This document shows, piece by piece, positions 34,889 to 45,685 of a stretch of 64,000 nucleotides of DNA. Source of the DNA: Trypanosoma brucei (Eukaryota); NCBI GenBank assembly GCA_000002445.1, contig CH464491.1, forward strand, positions 2,592,001 through 2,656,000. The letters are read 5' to 3'. The number at the start of each line of letters is the position of its first letter. The first letter of the stretch is position 1. The notes under the pieces were generated by a model that saw only the letters and a list, made by a program, of their open reading frames with translations, ran no database searches and had not been told where the DNA came from. The position numbers were made by a program, and so were the translations under genes.

Positions 34889-37357
34889 TTGTCATGCTCC
34901 GACTTTCAATACGCTTTTAAACTTGTCTTCTTCATATTCCACGTTTTCTCACCTTACGTTGAGGCAAGGACGTTCAAGGGAGGTAAAACCTCCGGAACAA
35001 GTGAGGGAGAGTACGTTATTACTGCCCATAAAGAGGACATGGACCCCCTTTTACTTTCCAGGGAAGAGTTGGAGGAGGCACAACGCGCAATAAAGCGGAG
35101 AAGGGATACGATTCGGACTGCCACAACGGAACGTATCCAGACTGAGCTTCAGCCTACCGGAAGCGGTAGTTTAGCAAAAAGAACCGTCCCAAACTCTATT
35201 CCAGATAAGGAAAAGGCGGAGAGCAACTCGGGTGTTGTGAAAAAATTGAAGGAAGAGCTACGTCGGCGTACGGAAGAGTTAGAAAACTCAGTAAATGAGC
35301 AGCGACGGGCAAGGGAGGAGTACAAGCGTCTGAAGTCCGTCTTTGAGTCATTTGTTGTTGAGGTTTGCGAGCGTGAAGAGGCGTACAAAATTGTTTTTTC
35401 CAAGGCTTATGAAGAAGTTGAAAAGCACAAGAAGCATTGTGAAGGTTTGCAACGCCAGCTTGAGGAGCGGTCATCTACTACCACAGTAGCTGCTACCGTG
35501 CAAGTGCCTGTAGCCGACACCACCACTCCACCCGTTGCCGTTGGTTCAAGGACTTTGCACGAGATCATTGATCAATTCCGCACCATGATCGATGAACTCG
35601 AATGCCGGGTGGGGTGCCATGGAAGTGATGACAACCAAAGCCGTGTGGCTGCCACAGACATTAGCAATCCCGACAAACATAGGCGTAGTGCTGCCACGGG
35701 TACACGTAACCGAGCCGAGCAAAAGCAAAAGCAGCAGGTCAGTGAGGGTAAACACCAGCTACAACCACATGGCCAGAATGATCAGCCGAAGGAGGAAGTG
35801 GTTGGGGTCGTTTCCGGCTCGGTGGTTCCCGCCCGAGGCGCAGCGGTGTTGAGCAGACCGCAAGCCCCGGTGGCGCGAAGTGCCGTTTCTGCCCCCAAGA
35901 AACGAAGAGCGGCGAAAAGTGAATCAGCGGCTGCTGTTAAGCGTGCCGCTGCGGAGAAGTGTAATCAAGCAAGTACCTCCTCACTTTTCACAAGCTTTTC
36001 AACTTTGTCGGAGCGACCGAAGAAGTCAGAGGTGAATTTTGGCAGTGAGCCCATTGAGGATTACTTGGCTCTACTAAAGAAAACAGACTTGAGCAAAGTT
36101 GATGTTCTTCGTCGGGAATTGATGAACTTTTGCAACTCGGATGTTAATGTTGTTGCGACTTATGTGGTGGAACACTTTCTAAGAAAGGCTCTGTTAACCC
36201 CCCCTATGACCGCGCTGTGGAATGAAACTGTTGAAGCCATGCACATTGATGTCGACGTTTTTCCCGCATTTGTTCGGCTCGTTGTTCGCAAGCTCGTCCA
36301 CCTTCTAGGGCCAGACACCGCGGTGTCGGCGGGAAATACTTTGGATCACAGCCCACAGCTCCAACGCTTGTCGCTTGTGCTGCGTCTAGCTTGTGTCGTC
36401 CGGCTGCGTGAGACCGAGAGCGGTGGAGATGCACTCTTTTTTGCCTTTTACGAGTCCACGATAAGCGCCTTACGGAGCTGGCGTCTCTCAAGCACCGCGG
36501 AGGGTCAGCGAGACGTGCTGAAATTATGGATGATTGCGGTGCGACACCTCTATGGATTTGTAGAGGACTTCCACATGTTGACGCGGTACTACGCTAATAC
36601 CGATGGTGTGATGGAGGCGTTGACTCTTCCGAAGTTGCTTACCTGCTACGCAGTGCGGGCTGTTATGGGTAACTGCTACTTCATTCCGTCTGCGCAGCCG
36701 TCACTGGTGGAGGTAGAAGCCGATGTGCAGCTTTGGACTACCTTTTGTGACGCTATGGATTGGAGCGGGAGTGAGCTGCCCATTGACGGTATCGGCGCTG
36801 CTGCCGTTAACATTCTTTCGCATAGCACTGACGAACGCAGTCGCGGTGAGGCGCTCCTCTCCTTGCGCCTGCTAGTTCTCCAGAAGGGCTTTGGGTTCTT
36901 GCAATCTCTAACAGAGCGGTTGCGTGTTGCTAGTGGTGATGTAGACGTCGACGAGGCTTTCGCAGAACTGTTTAGCCTCGCTGTTGTTGATCTACAGTTA
37001 GAAGACCCTCTGGACGATCAATGGGATCGAGCGATGTCGTTTTTCATGGATTACCTGTACAACTGCTCTGTTGAGCAAGTGAACTCCGTGGAAGAGTTGC
37101 TCACTGGCTGCAAGGAAGCCCACCTGCTTGTGCTGCGCGCCGTGTTCCAGTTGTGCAGTGGTACTGGAGCGCTGGCAGAGCAACGGGTTGAGCATGCAAC
37201 CAGAGCTCTGCGGTGGCTGAAGGCGCTTCGAGTTGGTCTTGACCGCTCCGCGCGTGGAGTTGCTTCATCACCGTTGACTTCTGTGTCTAAAGGTCATCTA
37301 CTTGACCGGACGTCGCTCGGGAAAGATCTAGTTTATCTTTGCCGACATGACTTGTAG
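34889..37357 (+). CDS. Large hypothetical protein (N-terminal coiled-coil/charged region, basic low-complexity middle, alpha-helical C-terminal domain)
   Basis: 822-aa ORF. The first ~50 codons look like 5'UTR read-through (hydrophobic FFIFHVFS), so the probable start is Met at 35039 (MDPLLLSREELEEAQ). Confidence 0.6.
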   Translation: MSCSDFQYAFKLVFFIFHVFSPYVEARTFKGGKTSGTSEGEYVITAHKEDMDPLLLSREELEEAQRAIKRRRDTIRTATTERIQTELQPTGSGSLAKRTVPNSIPDKEKAESNSGVVKKLKEELRRRTEELENSVNEQRRAREEYKRLKSVFESFVVEVCEREEAYKIVFSKAYEEVEKHKKHCEGLQRQLEERSSTTTVAATVQVPVADTTTPPVAVGSRTLHEIIDQFRTMIDELECRVGCHGSDDNQSRVAATDISNPDKHRRSAATGTRNRAEQKQKQQVSEGKHQLQPHGQNDQPKEEVVGVVSGSVVPARGAAVLSRPQAPVARSAVSAPKKRRAAKSESAAAVKRAAAEKCNQASTSSLFTSFSTLSERPKKSEVNFGSEPIEDYLALLKKTDLSKVDVLRRELMNFCNSDVNVVATYVVEHFLRKALLTPPMTALWNETVEAMHIDVDVFPAFVRLVVRKLVHLLGPDTAVSAGNTLDHSPQLQRLSLVLRLACVVRLRETESGGDALFFAFYESTISALRSWRLSSTAEGQRDVLKLWMIAVRHLYGFVEDFHMLTRYYANTDGVMEALTLPKLLTCYAVRAVMGNCYFIPSAQPSLVEVEADVQLWTTFCDAMDWSGSELPIDGIGAAAVNILSHSTDERSRGEALLSLRLLVLQKGFGFLQSLTERLRVASGDVDVDEAFAELFSLAVVDLQLEDPLDDQWDRAMSFFMDYLYNCSVEQVNSVEELLTGCKEAHLLVLRAVFQLCSGTGALAEQRVEHATRALRWLKALRVGLDRSARGVASSPLTSVSKGHLLDRTSLGKDLVYLCRHDL

Positions 37358-37572
37358 TGTTTGCCTGTCTTTCAGTTCTGTAACAATAATGCACTATTCC
37401 CCCTGCACACACTACGATTTAACTCTGCATTTACAGCACTGCAAGCATTTCGTTGTGTGTTGTTTTGATTCTCTACCAGCGTGGAGCGTTCAGTTATACT
37501 TGTGGTATCTGTGCACGATGTTTTTTTTTTCCACCTTCGTTCATTGTGCTCGTTTAGGGACACGATAAATAG

Positions 37573-38457
37573 ATGGTCTTACTGAGTGTTAAGGGTACGA
37601 CATTTCCCGATGAGTTTGTCTACGAATGCACAGCTGCTACAGCCATTTACCCTGATTTAGCTAGGAACCTTTGCCACATTCAAAATAGCCGTCACCTAGT
37701 GAAGTTGATACTACTTTCTGCTCGTGAGTTGCTCGACGAGGCTAGGTGCAAGAAACGGGTGGAGGTAGTTGATGAGGGTCCTGGGGATGGTGGTGCCAAT
37801 AGCTACTCTGCACTTTTAACGGAGTACGGCGCCATAATCGAGTCAACCAGTGCGCGGCTAAAGGACAGGGTCGTGCCCGTCAGTTTAGAGGAATTTGATC
37901 AATATGCCGACCGTTTGCGCGAGCTGACCGAACGGCTGTACCCCGAGGAGTGCTGTGTTCCAGAGGGTGGGCGGAGTGCCGCAGTGGATCGGCTCTATCA
38001 ATTGCATGATGACCCCAACCTTGATGAGGACCGCCGCCTCGCTGTTTACCACTGCCGTGCCATTCTGGACCCCCAGTGGAAGTCACATGAGCAGCAGAAG
38101 GAAGACAAGGCAGGTCTGTGGTTCTGTGGGAAGTTGATGGAGGACACTATCGCAAGATACTCTGGCAAAAATGAGAAGAGCCGGCTGACGGTTAAAGTGC
38201 ATCCAAAGGACAGTGTTCCCCCAAGCACGGAGCCGAGGATAAGTTACGATGACCAGAGAGCGTTGTATGAACGGATGCGCACAAGGCGTGAAGAGTACAA
38301 GGGACTTGAGGAGTCGGAGTTGCGTGATCGTGTGGTGGCTCAGGCGAGGGGGAAGGTAGCATTAACCGCTCCGGCCGCCGCCTCTCCCGCTATGTCAATG
38401 GATTTGTCGCGGCTTCGACCGATCTGTCCCAAGCGAGAGGAACATGAGGTGAATTGA
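37573..38457 (+). CDS. Hypothetical protein
   Basis: 294-aa non-repetitive ORF in the array. Confidence 0.5.
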   Translation: MVLLSVKGTTFPDEFVYECTAATAIYPDLARNLCHIQNSRHLVKLILLSARELLDEARCKKRVEVVDEGPGDGGANSYSALLTEYGAIIESTSARLKDRVVPVSLEEFDQYADRLRELTERLYPEECCVPEGGRSAAVDRLYQLHDDPNLDEDRRLAVYHCRAILDPQWKSHEQQKEDKAGLWFCGKLMEDTIARYSGKNEKSRLTVKVHPKDSVPPSTEPRISYDDQRALYERMRTRREEYKGLEESELRDRVVAQARGKVALTAPAAASPAMSMDLSRLRPICPKREEHEVN

Positions 38458-38880
38458 GGCACCCGGAGGCGCTTCGGTTTGTATGTTTATGTGCGGCCGT
38501 CGTTGGCTGATAGCTGTGCCACATTCTCCGATGTGCTATGGCTCCTTGTTCATCATGTGCATCCAGAGTTGAGGGGTGGTGTGTGTATGGGGAGTGTCCG
38601 AGATCACAGTTAGAATAACGCCCCACCGCCTCTTCTGCGCAGGGGTGGCTGTTCGCGTGCTTTCCCGGGTAGGTGATGTTCTCGAGGAAGGGGCCTCCAG
38701 GTAATTGGGTGCTTGAAGCGGCTTATTTGCCCTTTCTCTATTTTTAGTTCTACTTTCCCTCTTTTTTGTTTTTATTCGATGCGTCACGTGATCTTCTTTA
38801 TGGAAACAGCAGCAAGTGGAGGAGGGATATAGAGGAAAGGTCTAGGGCTCTGGGGTGCGCCTTCGAGTTTTTTCACGTAC

Positions 38881-39453
38881 TTGCAGTTCATGAGCTCCCT
38901 TAAGTCGGTAGCAAGAGAGCTGCGCGAGTTCGCTGCTGGGCTCGCCGATTCGCGCGGGGTGCAGTCTGAAGAGCTCACCTCACGGCAGGACGCCCTTCTG
39001 CTTTTAGCTTTGAGTGCCTTGAAGGAATTGGAGACATCCGGTTCACCTGCGGATTTGGCACAAGCCGCCAAGAGTGCTAGGCGACTGCTGCGGGTGTTTC
39101 TTCCCCACCCCGTAGTTGAGAAAGGCCAGAGTTTGGAATATGAACAACAGGATTCGGAAAGGCCTAGTCGGAAACGGGAACGAGAGAGCAAGGACGACAC
39201 GGGAAAGGCTGAAAAGGAGGAGTCTGATAACGTCAGCGTGGATCTCGGCCAGTACGCAAAGGCGCATGTCTTCGATGACAATGCGAAGAAACGCGACAAA
39301 TTTGCGCGACTCATGGGTGGACGGAGGAATGAAGGGTCCCATCACAACACATTTGCACCTGACAAAACCACTATAAAGCGGATCAACGGCGAACTGGAGG
39401 AGCAGTTTAACAACGCTCTTGTAAGATCTGGTAGGAAGGGTCTTGGCGCGTGA
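38881..39453 (+). CDS. Hypothetical acidic nuclear-type protein (C-terminal KFARLMGG motif resembling small-acidic-protein/SMAP-like tails)
   Basis: 190 aa with a charged low-complexity middle (SERPSRKRERESKDDTGKAEKEESD) and the C-terminal motif DKFARLMGGRRNEG. Confidence 0.4.
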   Translation: MQFMSSLKSVARELREFAAGLADSRGVQSEELTSRQDALLLLALSALKELETSGSPADLAQAAKSARRLLRVFLPHPVVEKGQSLEYEQQDSERPSRKRERESKDDTGKAEKEESDNVSVDLGQYAKAHVFDDNAKKRDKFARLMGGRRNEGSHHNTFAPDKTTIKRINGELEEQFNNALVRSGRKGLGA

Positions 39454-39872
39454 GTCGCAACTTACACATGTAAGAATGTTACTCTGCATTGTGAGATGCA
39501 CCGGGAGTAACATTGCCTGGAAGGTGGTACTGATGCCACCCCCCCCCCACACACACACACAATTTTCCCCCCTAGTCCTAGGTTTTTACTTGTCGGAACT
39601 TTTTGTGACGTCGAGCTGTTCGTAGGGACAGCTTTAACAACTCCGTGTAAGGGTACACAATTAACCCCCGTCCCTCAGGCGAAGGAAGGGGCCGACCGAA
39701 GGGCCTTTTGAGCTGCACCTGGACATAAGATTATTGATTGTCTTCTCTAAGGTAGCTTTCCGTTTGTGCTAGTCTCCCTTGTAGTATTCAAAATTTTAAA
39801 TTTCCGCTTCGCTTCCCTTTCCTCGTTCTGTTGTTCAGCATGTTACCGCGAACCATGCAGTGTAATCATATG

Positions 39873-39915
39873 TCTTCATTTAACCCCCTCTCCTCGTTTT
39901 CTTCTTTTCCACTAG
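39873..39915 (+). promoter_or_regulatory. Polypyrimidine tract plus AG: candidate spliced-leader acceptor for the OGDH E1 mRNA
   Basis: tcttcatttaaccccctctcctcgttttcttcttttccactag, ending in AG ~195 nt upstream of the 40110 ATG. No coding potential lies between it and the ATG. Confidence 0.45.
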
Positions 39916-40109
39916 GAAGTTAACCTACGCAAAACTTTTGTTGACGCCGACCACGGATCTTGCGATCGCACAAACGAGCAGACACGGATTCGCACTGCAC
40001 TTGGGTATTAGCATTGATAACGGAACAACTGTCAGTGTGGGGACAGTTAGAAAAAATTAATTAAGGAAGCGAAAAAGAAAGAAGAGACGAGGTGACTGAA
40101 TTCTGAACG

Positions 40110-43100
40110 ATGATGCGAAGGCTCAGTCCTGTGAACGGTTCGGTGGTTTCGCCCAATGTCGTAGCAGCGGTGTCATCGGTGCTTCAGCGGCAGCAACGCC
40201 ATCAGTCCGACGCCCCACTCAGGCGACTGTTGTATGAAAACGACAGTTTTCTCAGCGGCACCTCGGCTAGGTACATCGAATCGATGTACGAAAATTGGAA
40301 GGCAGATAAAAGTTCCGTGAACGAATCGTGGAATGAGGTATTCTCCTCAAGGGACCTGCAGTCATTTGAGAGACCACTCCTAACTTCACCCATCCGTGTT
40401 GTACCAGCTTCAGCTGAGGACAAGATGGAGGTGGCACAATCGCAGGATATCTGCGCGCGACTGACGTTAATGATCCAAGCGTTTGAGGACTACGGGCATC
40501 TTGCAGCTCGAACTGACCCTCTGGATGCTGAGGATGACTCTCTTCACCGTTCCCCGCAGGTTAAACCCAGAGAGAGGGTACACCTTGGTCTTGAAAGCTT
40601 TGGTTTTTCGAAGGAAGATCATGACCGTGTCGTACGTGTGGGTTTCATGGATCAATTGGGAGGCGCGATGAGCTCGAGCAGCAGGGCCATGACTATCAAG
40701 GAGCTGCACGACCATTTGACGAAGTGTTTCTGTGGGCGCGTGGGATGCGAATTAGGACACGTTGATGATGCAAATGTCGTCTGTTTCGTCCGTGAAGTTG
40801 TGGAGGGTTATAACACTGAGCACAATCCACTGCGGCGCCCGTTGTCCAAGGAGGAGAAACTGTGGGTGTGGGACCTTGTTGCCTCCGCCGTGCACTTTGA
40901 AGATTTCTTCAAGCGTAAGTATACCACACAGAAGAGGTTCGGTTGCGATGGCGCAGAGTCACTTATTGTTGGTTTGCGTTCACTCATGGAGTCAGCCTCT
41001 GATCACGGTGTTGAGAAGGTTAATTTCGGTATGGCACATCGTGGTCGTTTGAATACACTGTATAACGTTATCGGTAAGTCATTCCCAGTGATATTAAAAG
41101 AGTTTGTAGGTATCACGGCCCCTGAACTGGAACCATTTAAGGTACAATCCGATGTGAAGTACCATCTTGGGGCCAAATCTACGGTGAAGATGCGCAATGG
41201 AAAGTTGATGTTTACAGAATTGCTCGCCAACCCATCACATCTGGAGGCAGTCAACCCGGTCTTGCAAGGGTACACCAGGGCAGCACAACTCAAGCACGGA
41301 GACGCTGGGCAGTCGAAGGTACTCCCCGTGGAGATACACGGCGATGCTGCTTTTGCTGGGCAAGGTGTCACATTCGAGACGATGTGCATCAGTGAGGTTC
41401 CCAAGTTTACGACAGGTGGTACTATTCACGTTGTGGTTAACAACCAGATTGGCTTCACTACGGACCCCCGGTGCTCCCGAAGCAGTCCGTACTGCTCTGA
41501 CCTGGGCCGTGCCTTTCAGTGTCCCATTTTCCATGTAAATGGTGATTGTCCTGAGGATGTCGCTCGTGTGTTTGCGTTCGCTGTGGACCTCCGTTCAAGG
41601 TTCAACAAGTCTGTTGTTATTGATCTGGTGTGCTATCGCCGGTATGGACACAACGAAAATGACGATCCCACTATCACGCAGCCCCTCTTATACAAGCGAG
41701 TTCACGCGACACCCGATGTGTTTGCCCGCTACTCAGAAAAGCTTGTTGAAGAGGGAGTCGTGACCAAAGAGCAACAGACGGCCAAGGCCAAGGAGCAGAA
41801 GGATCACTACGGAAAATATCAGAGTGAGGTCGGGAATATACGGTACAGCGATTACCTCAAGTCCGGCATACCTGAGCTGTGGAGAGGCATGAAGTACTCA
41901 GATGAACTCGGAGAAGTGACATTGGAGCCCACCGCTGTTGCGCGGGAAAGTCTCCAACCGGTGATTGATTCGCTTAAAAAGGTGCCGGAGGGGTTTGTGG
42001 TTAATTCCAAACTCAAGGCGGTGCTCGAGCAGCGAGTCCAGTCTCTGGAGAAGGGTGAAAAGATTGATTGGGGCGCTGCTGAAGCGCTTGCCTTTGGTTC
42101 ACTATTACTGGAGGGCACTCATGTACGGGTGATGGGTCAGGACGTGGAGCGCGGCACATTTTCGCACAGACACGCAGTTTTACATGACCAGAACAAAGTT
42201 GACACGTACACGCCGCTCGCCCATATAAGGAAGGACCAGGCACCGTTCATAATCACTAACAGCCCTCTCAATGAGTATGGGGTACTGGGTTATGCCAGCG
42301 GTTACGCCATTTACGACCCCAATGCGCTTGTTTTGTGGGAAGCACAATTCGGTGACTTTGCTAACGGAGCCGCCATTATTTTTGATCAATTCCTTTCCAG
42401 TGGAGAAACCAAATGGAATCAGCAGCAGGCGGTCGTCGTTTCTCTTCCCCATGGATTCGATGGGCGCGGAGCGGAACACAGCAGCGGCCGCATTGAGAGG
42501 TTCTTGCAAGCCGTCGCAGAAGACGTGGACACTCCGGCGTACTCCCCTGAGGAGCGCGCCCACCGTGTAAATATGGAGGTTGTGTTCCCCAGCACACCGG
42601 CGCAGTACTTCCACTTGTTGCGCCGGCACGTCCGTCGCAATTTCCGCAAGCCGCTTATGTTATTCTTTTCGAAACAGTTCTTGCGCACACCGAACGAGTC
42701 ATCCATGGAACAAATAACCAGTGGCGGTTTCCAACCTGTTATCGGTGACCCATCCGTTCCACCCGAGAAGGCGCGTCGCCTCGTGATGTGCACTGGGCAA
42801 ATATACCACATCCTCAATAGGTACCGTGAATCCAACAACTGTGGACGGGACGTGGCGCTTGTGCGGATCGAGGAGCTCTCACCATTCCCAGTTGCTGAGG
42901 TGCAGAAGTTGTTGGCGGATTACAGTGGTGTCGAGCTGATGTGGGCACAGGAAGAGCCACGCAATCAAGGCGCCTTTTATCACGTTGAATCGCGTGTGGA
43001 GTACTACACGGGAGGAGCCCGAGAGCTGCGATATGCTGGGCGTGCGATCAGTGCTGCCCCTTCTACGGCCTACAAGAGCACTCACGACGCCGAGGAGAGG

Positions 43101-43127
43101 TACATTTGCGAATGCGTATTTTCATAA
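40110..43127 (+). CDS. 2-oxoglutarate dehydrogenase E1 component (mitochondrial)
   Basis: 1005 aa. The N-terminus FLSGTSARYIESMYENWKADKSSVNESWNEVF is the canonical OGDH E1 signature. Transketolase-like thiamine diphosphate regions follow (GMAHRGRLNTL, HGDAAFAGQG, FGDFANGA). A mitochondrial presequence is present. Confidence 0.95.
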   Translation: MMRRLSPVNGSVVSPNVVAAVSSVLQRQQRHQSDAPLRRLLYENDSFLSGTSARYIESMYENWKADKSSVNESWNEVFSSRDLQSFERPLLTSPIRVVPASAEDKMEVAQSQDICARLTLMIQAFEDYGHLAARTDPLDAEDDSLHRSPQVKPRERVHLGLESFGFSKEDHDRVVRVGFMDQLGGAMSSSSRAMTIKELHDHLTKCFCGRVGCELGHVDDANVVCFVREVVEGYNTEHNPLRRPLSKEEKLWVWDLVASAVHFEDFFKRKYTTQKRFGCDGAESLIVGLRSLMESASDHGVEKVNFGMAHRGRLNTLYNVIGKSFPVILKEFVGITAPELEPFKVQSDVKYHLGAKSTVKMRNGKLMFTELLANPSHLEAVNPVLQGYTRAAQLKHGDAGQSKVLPVEIHGDAAFAGQGVTFETMCISEVPKFTTGGTIHVVVNNQIGFTTDPRCSRSSPYCSDLGRAFQCPIFHVNGDCPEDVARVFAFAVDLRSRFNKSVVIDLVCYRRYGHNENDDPTITQPLLYKRVHATPDVFARYSEKLVEEGVVTKEQQTAKAKEQKDHYGKYQSEVGNIRYSDYLKSGIPELWRGMKYSDELGEVTLEPTAVARESLQPVIDSLKKVPEGFVVNSKLKAVLEQRVQSLEKGEKIDWGAAEALAFGSLLLEGTHVRVMGQDVERGTFSHRHAVLHDQNKVDTYTPLAHIRKDQAPFIITNSPLNEYGVLGYASGYAIYDPNALVLWEAQFGDFANGAAIIFDQFLSSGETKWNQQQAVVVSLPHGFDGRGAEHSSGRIERFLQAVAEDVDTPAYSPEERAHRVNMEVVFPSTPAQYFHLLRRHVRRNFRKPLMLFFSKQFLRTPNESSMEQITSGGFQPVIGDPSVPPEKARRLVMCTGQIYHILNRYRESNNCGRDVALVRIEELSPFPVAEVQKLLADYSGVELMWAQEEPRNQGAFYHVESRVEYYTGGARELRYAGRAISAAPSTAYKSTHDAEERYICECVFS

Positions 43128-44919
43128 ACTCCGAACGGCTGATGCGAATGCGCCGTGGAAAAGAAAATGGGCAGATGACTATAGGCGGAGCAAGATGAAA
43201 GACTAAGTAAAGTGAATGTCGGTTGATGAGAGGGGAATGGTTGCGAGCACAGTATACAGAAAAGGAGGCAATAGGAAGAAAATGACAGCTTCGAGGTGGC
43301 AAATTACGAGGTTGAAGACACGTGGCGAGGCGAGGTGTATTAACATTTCGGCTGAGTGGGGGTTTCAGTTAAAGTGGCGCGTTACTGCGACGGGTTCCCT
43401 TGTGCTTGTTGTAGACGTCTAAGATAGATGAATTGATACAAGGAGAATTTCTATTCATAAAACTGTCGTGTGTGCACGCGAACGAATGGAAGCAACTGCG
43501 TAATCCAAGCACAAGCACAGATGCACCTAAAAACACGACATCATTAGCCGAGTGAAAAAGCTGCACAAACCCCTGTGGGTATGTAAAAGAGCGCTTGTAA
43601 ATGAAAAAAAAATGAGCGAGATAAAACCCATAGGTAAATAAGAGTATACAAAGGACATAATATCGTTTTTTCCCCTTTTGGAGCGCAGTAGCGTGACAAA
43701 TATAGCTGAGGAGAGTAGCTGATGCTCGTGCTGCATTATACCACATGCAGTACTTTCACACTCCTCTTCCTCTTCTTATTTTCATCCTCCTTTATTTTTC
43801 TTCCCGTCAATGTGTGAGGATGGCTAATTTTTTTCTTTTTTCGTTACGTAAAATTTTCTTTCTTTGTTCCGTGGGTTTTCCCCCCTTTTATGCTTTTATT
43901 TGTTGTTCACATGTTAGCGTTCGATCGGAGCGGCGATTGATAATGAGAGGGAGGGGGATGATGTGGGTCTACCAGTTTGGTAGCCGGTTGCCGTTGATTT
44001 CGTTTTTGTTTTTGTTTTTTTTATTTCTTACGTTTTGGTATGAACATATGCCGCTCCACCTCATTTCCTTTCCAATTGAGCACCTGGTGGGAAGCCGAAA
44101 AAATAGGGATGGTTTGAGTAAAAGAAAGGGAATGAGGCGGAGCGGCATGTGATCTTCATAGGTGAGTGAACGTGGGGAGTAACTCCCCTTTTTTTTTTCC
44201 TAAAAAAAGGCACCAAGTACAACAAAGCGAATATAACGCACTTCAACTATAATGAACGAACGCTTCGAGTTTCTTTTTGTTTTTCTCTCTTATTTGTAAA
44301 AGCGATGTGTGCATATACGTGGTTAAGGAATTGACCTAGTGAAGCAGTGTTGAAAGGGTTTAATCCCTAAGAAAAAGGGGTAATAGGTGATGGAGGGGAA
44401 AGTCACAAAAAGGAAATTAAAGCAAAAGAGCTGGAGGAGGGGGGGGGGTAAAGCAATGTTAGGTGTACCTGTGGGAGAAAATTATTGCGAAAGAAGTGAA
44501 TGCACGCAATGAGTTTGTTTTCCCCCTTTTCTATTCTTTATTACTTTTTTTCAAGAGTGTAACGTACGCCGTGGTTGGGGTTAAAATGTCGCCACACGCC
44601 ACTTCGGCGCTTGTGTGCTCTGCCACACTGTGAGTGTACTGATGTTGGGTGCTCGCCCCTGCAGAGCTTGTGTGACTACTCCCAAATATATTATGGATAA
44701 GTGATTATTTTTCATTTGCGTTTTTATTTTTCCATCCGTTTCTCCTCTTGGTAGTTTTTTTTTTTTTGCGCAAGCTGAAAGGTCACGCATTGATATGTGT
44801 GCCCAAGGATATCGAACCTAGGTGAATTAGGTGTGTTTGAAGTTGAATAGGCGTAGAAGGATATTGCACTTGTTGTGGTTCCGTCACCGTTTTTTTTTAT
44901 TTCTCCCTCCACGCCTTAC

Positions 44920-44940
44920 GGGGGTGGGGGGGGGTGGGGG
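44920..44940 (+). repeat. G-rich run gggggtgggggggggtggggg (G-quadruplex motif on sense strand) in a long intergenic/UTR region
   Basis: Read directly. A second G12 run lies at 44437-44448. Confidence 0.85.
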
Positions 44941-45685
44941 AAAGGTATCCGCTTAGTTGAATGCGGTGGCAGCCACAAGCACTCGGCTGTACTGCAGCCT
45001 CCGACTTTACACAAAAGTGAGTAGATGTGTTATACCCTCATTTTTTGTCTTTCTTTTTTTTTTTTAGCGTGTAACCAACTGGTTGATCATTTGTTTCTCT
45101 TTAGGCTTGCCCCCGATGACGGGGGAGGGGAGCATCAAAATATGTATCCGGCGAGTTGTTACCTAATCAAGAAAAGAAGAGGAGCAGCGAGACGCGTTGT
45201 CTGTGTGCACACGTGTGTAAATATGGTTGTTTGATGAAGGGATAAAACTCAATGCTCGCGAAGTGACTTTGCAAACCAGTTTATTTACTAGTACTATTGC
45301 CATGTCAGTAGCTGTTTCTGTGCTGTTTTGTCAAAAGTTGGGTGGAGGGAAGAGGAAGAGGGAAAGTGTGTGTTGCAGTGGCTACGTCCCCGCTTCTATT
45401 TAACTATCCCTTTTATTTTACTGTGGTTTCTGCCACTATTTTGCATACTTCAAAAAAAAAAATAAATAAATAATAAAAACAAGAAAAAAACTCATCGTCA
45501 CGCTGCCATTCTTATTACTCCATTTTGTAGGGTGCCTTGTTTAATAGTAGGTGGGGCCTTGAAGTGTTGGTGTAGTGTCGCTCGACTATTGAAACGTGTG
45601 TGGCTCCAGTCCTGAATGCTGACTTGCATACGGGACAGGAAATAGCAAGGGCCCCCCTCCAAAACGGCGACAACAGCAACGAAAT

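Noticed and set aside
43745-44152. 135-aa ORF in the long intergenic region after OGDH E1
   Set aside because: Translation is Phe/Leu/Ser-rich low complexity (LLIFILLYFSSRQ..., FLFLFFLFLTFWY), derived from a T-rich pyrimidine tract. UTR sequence, not coding.
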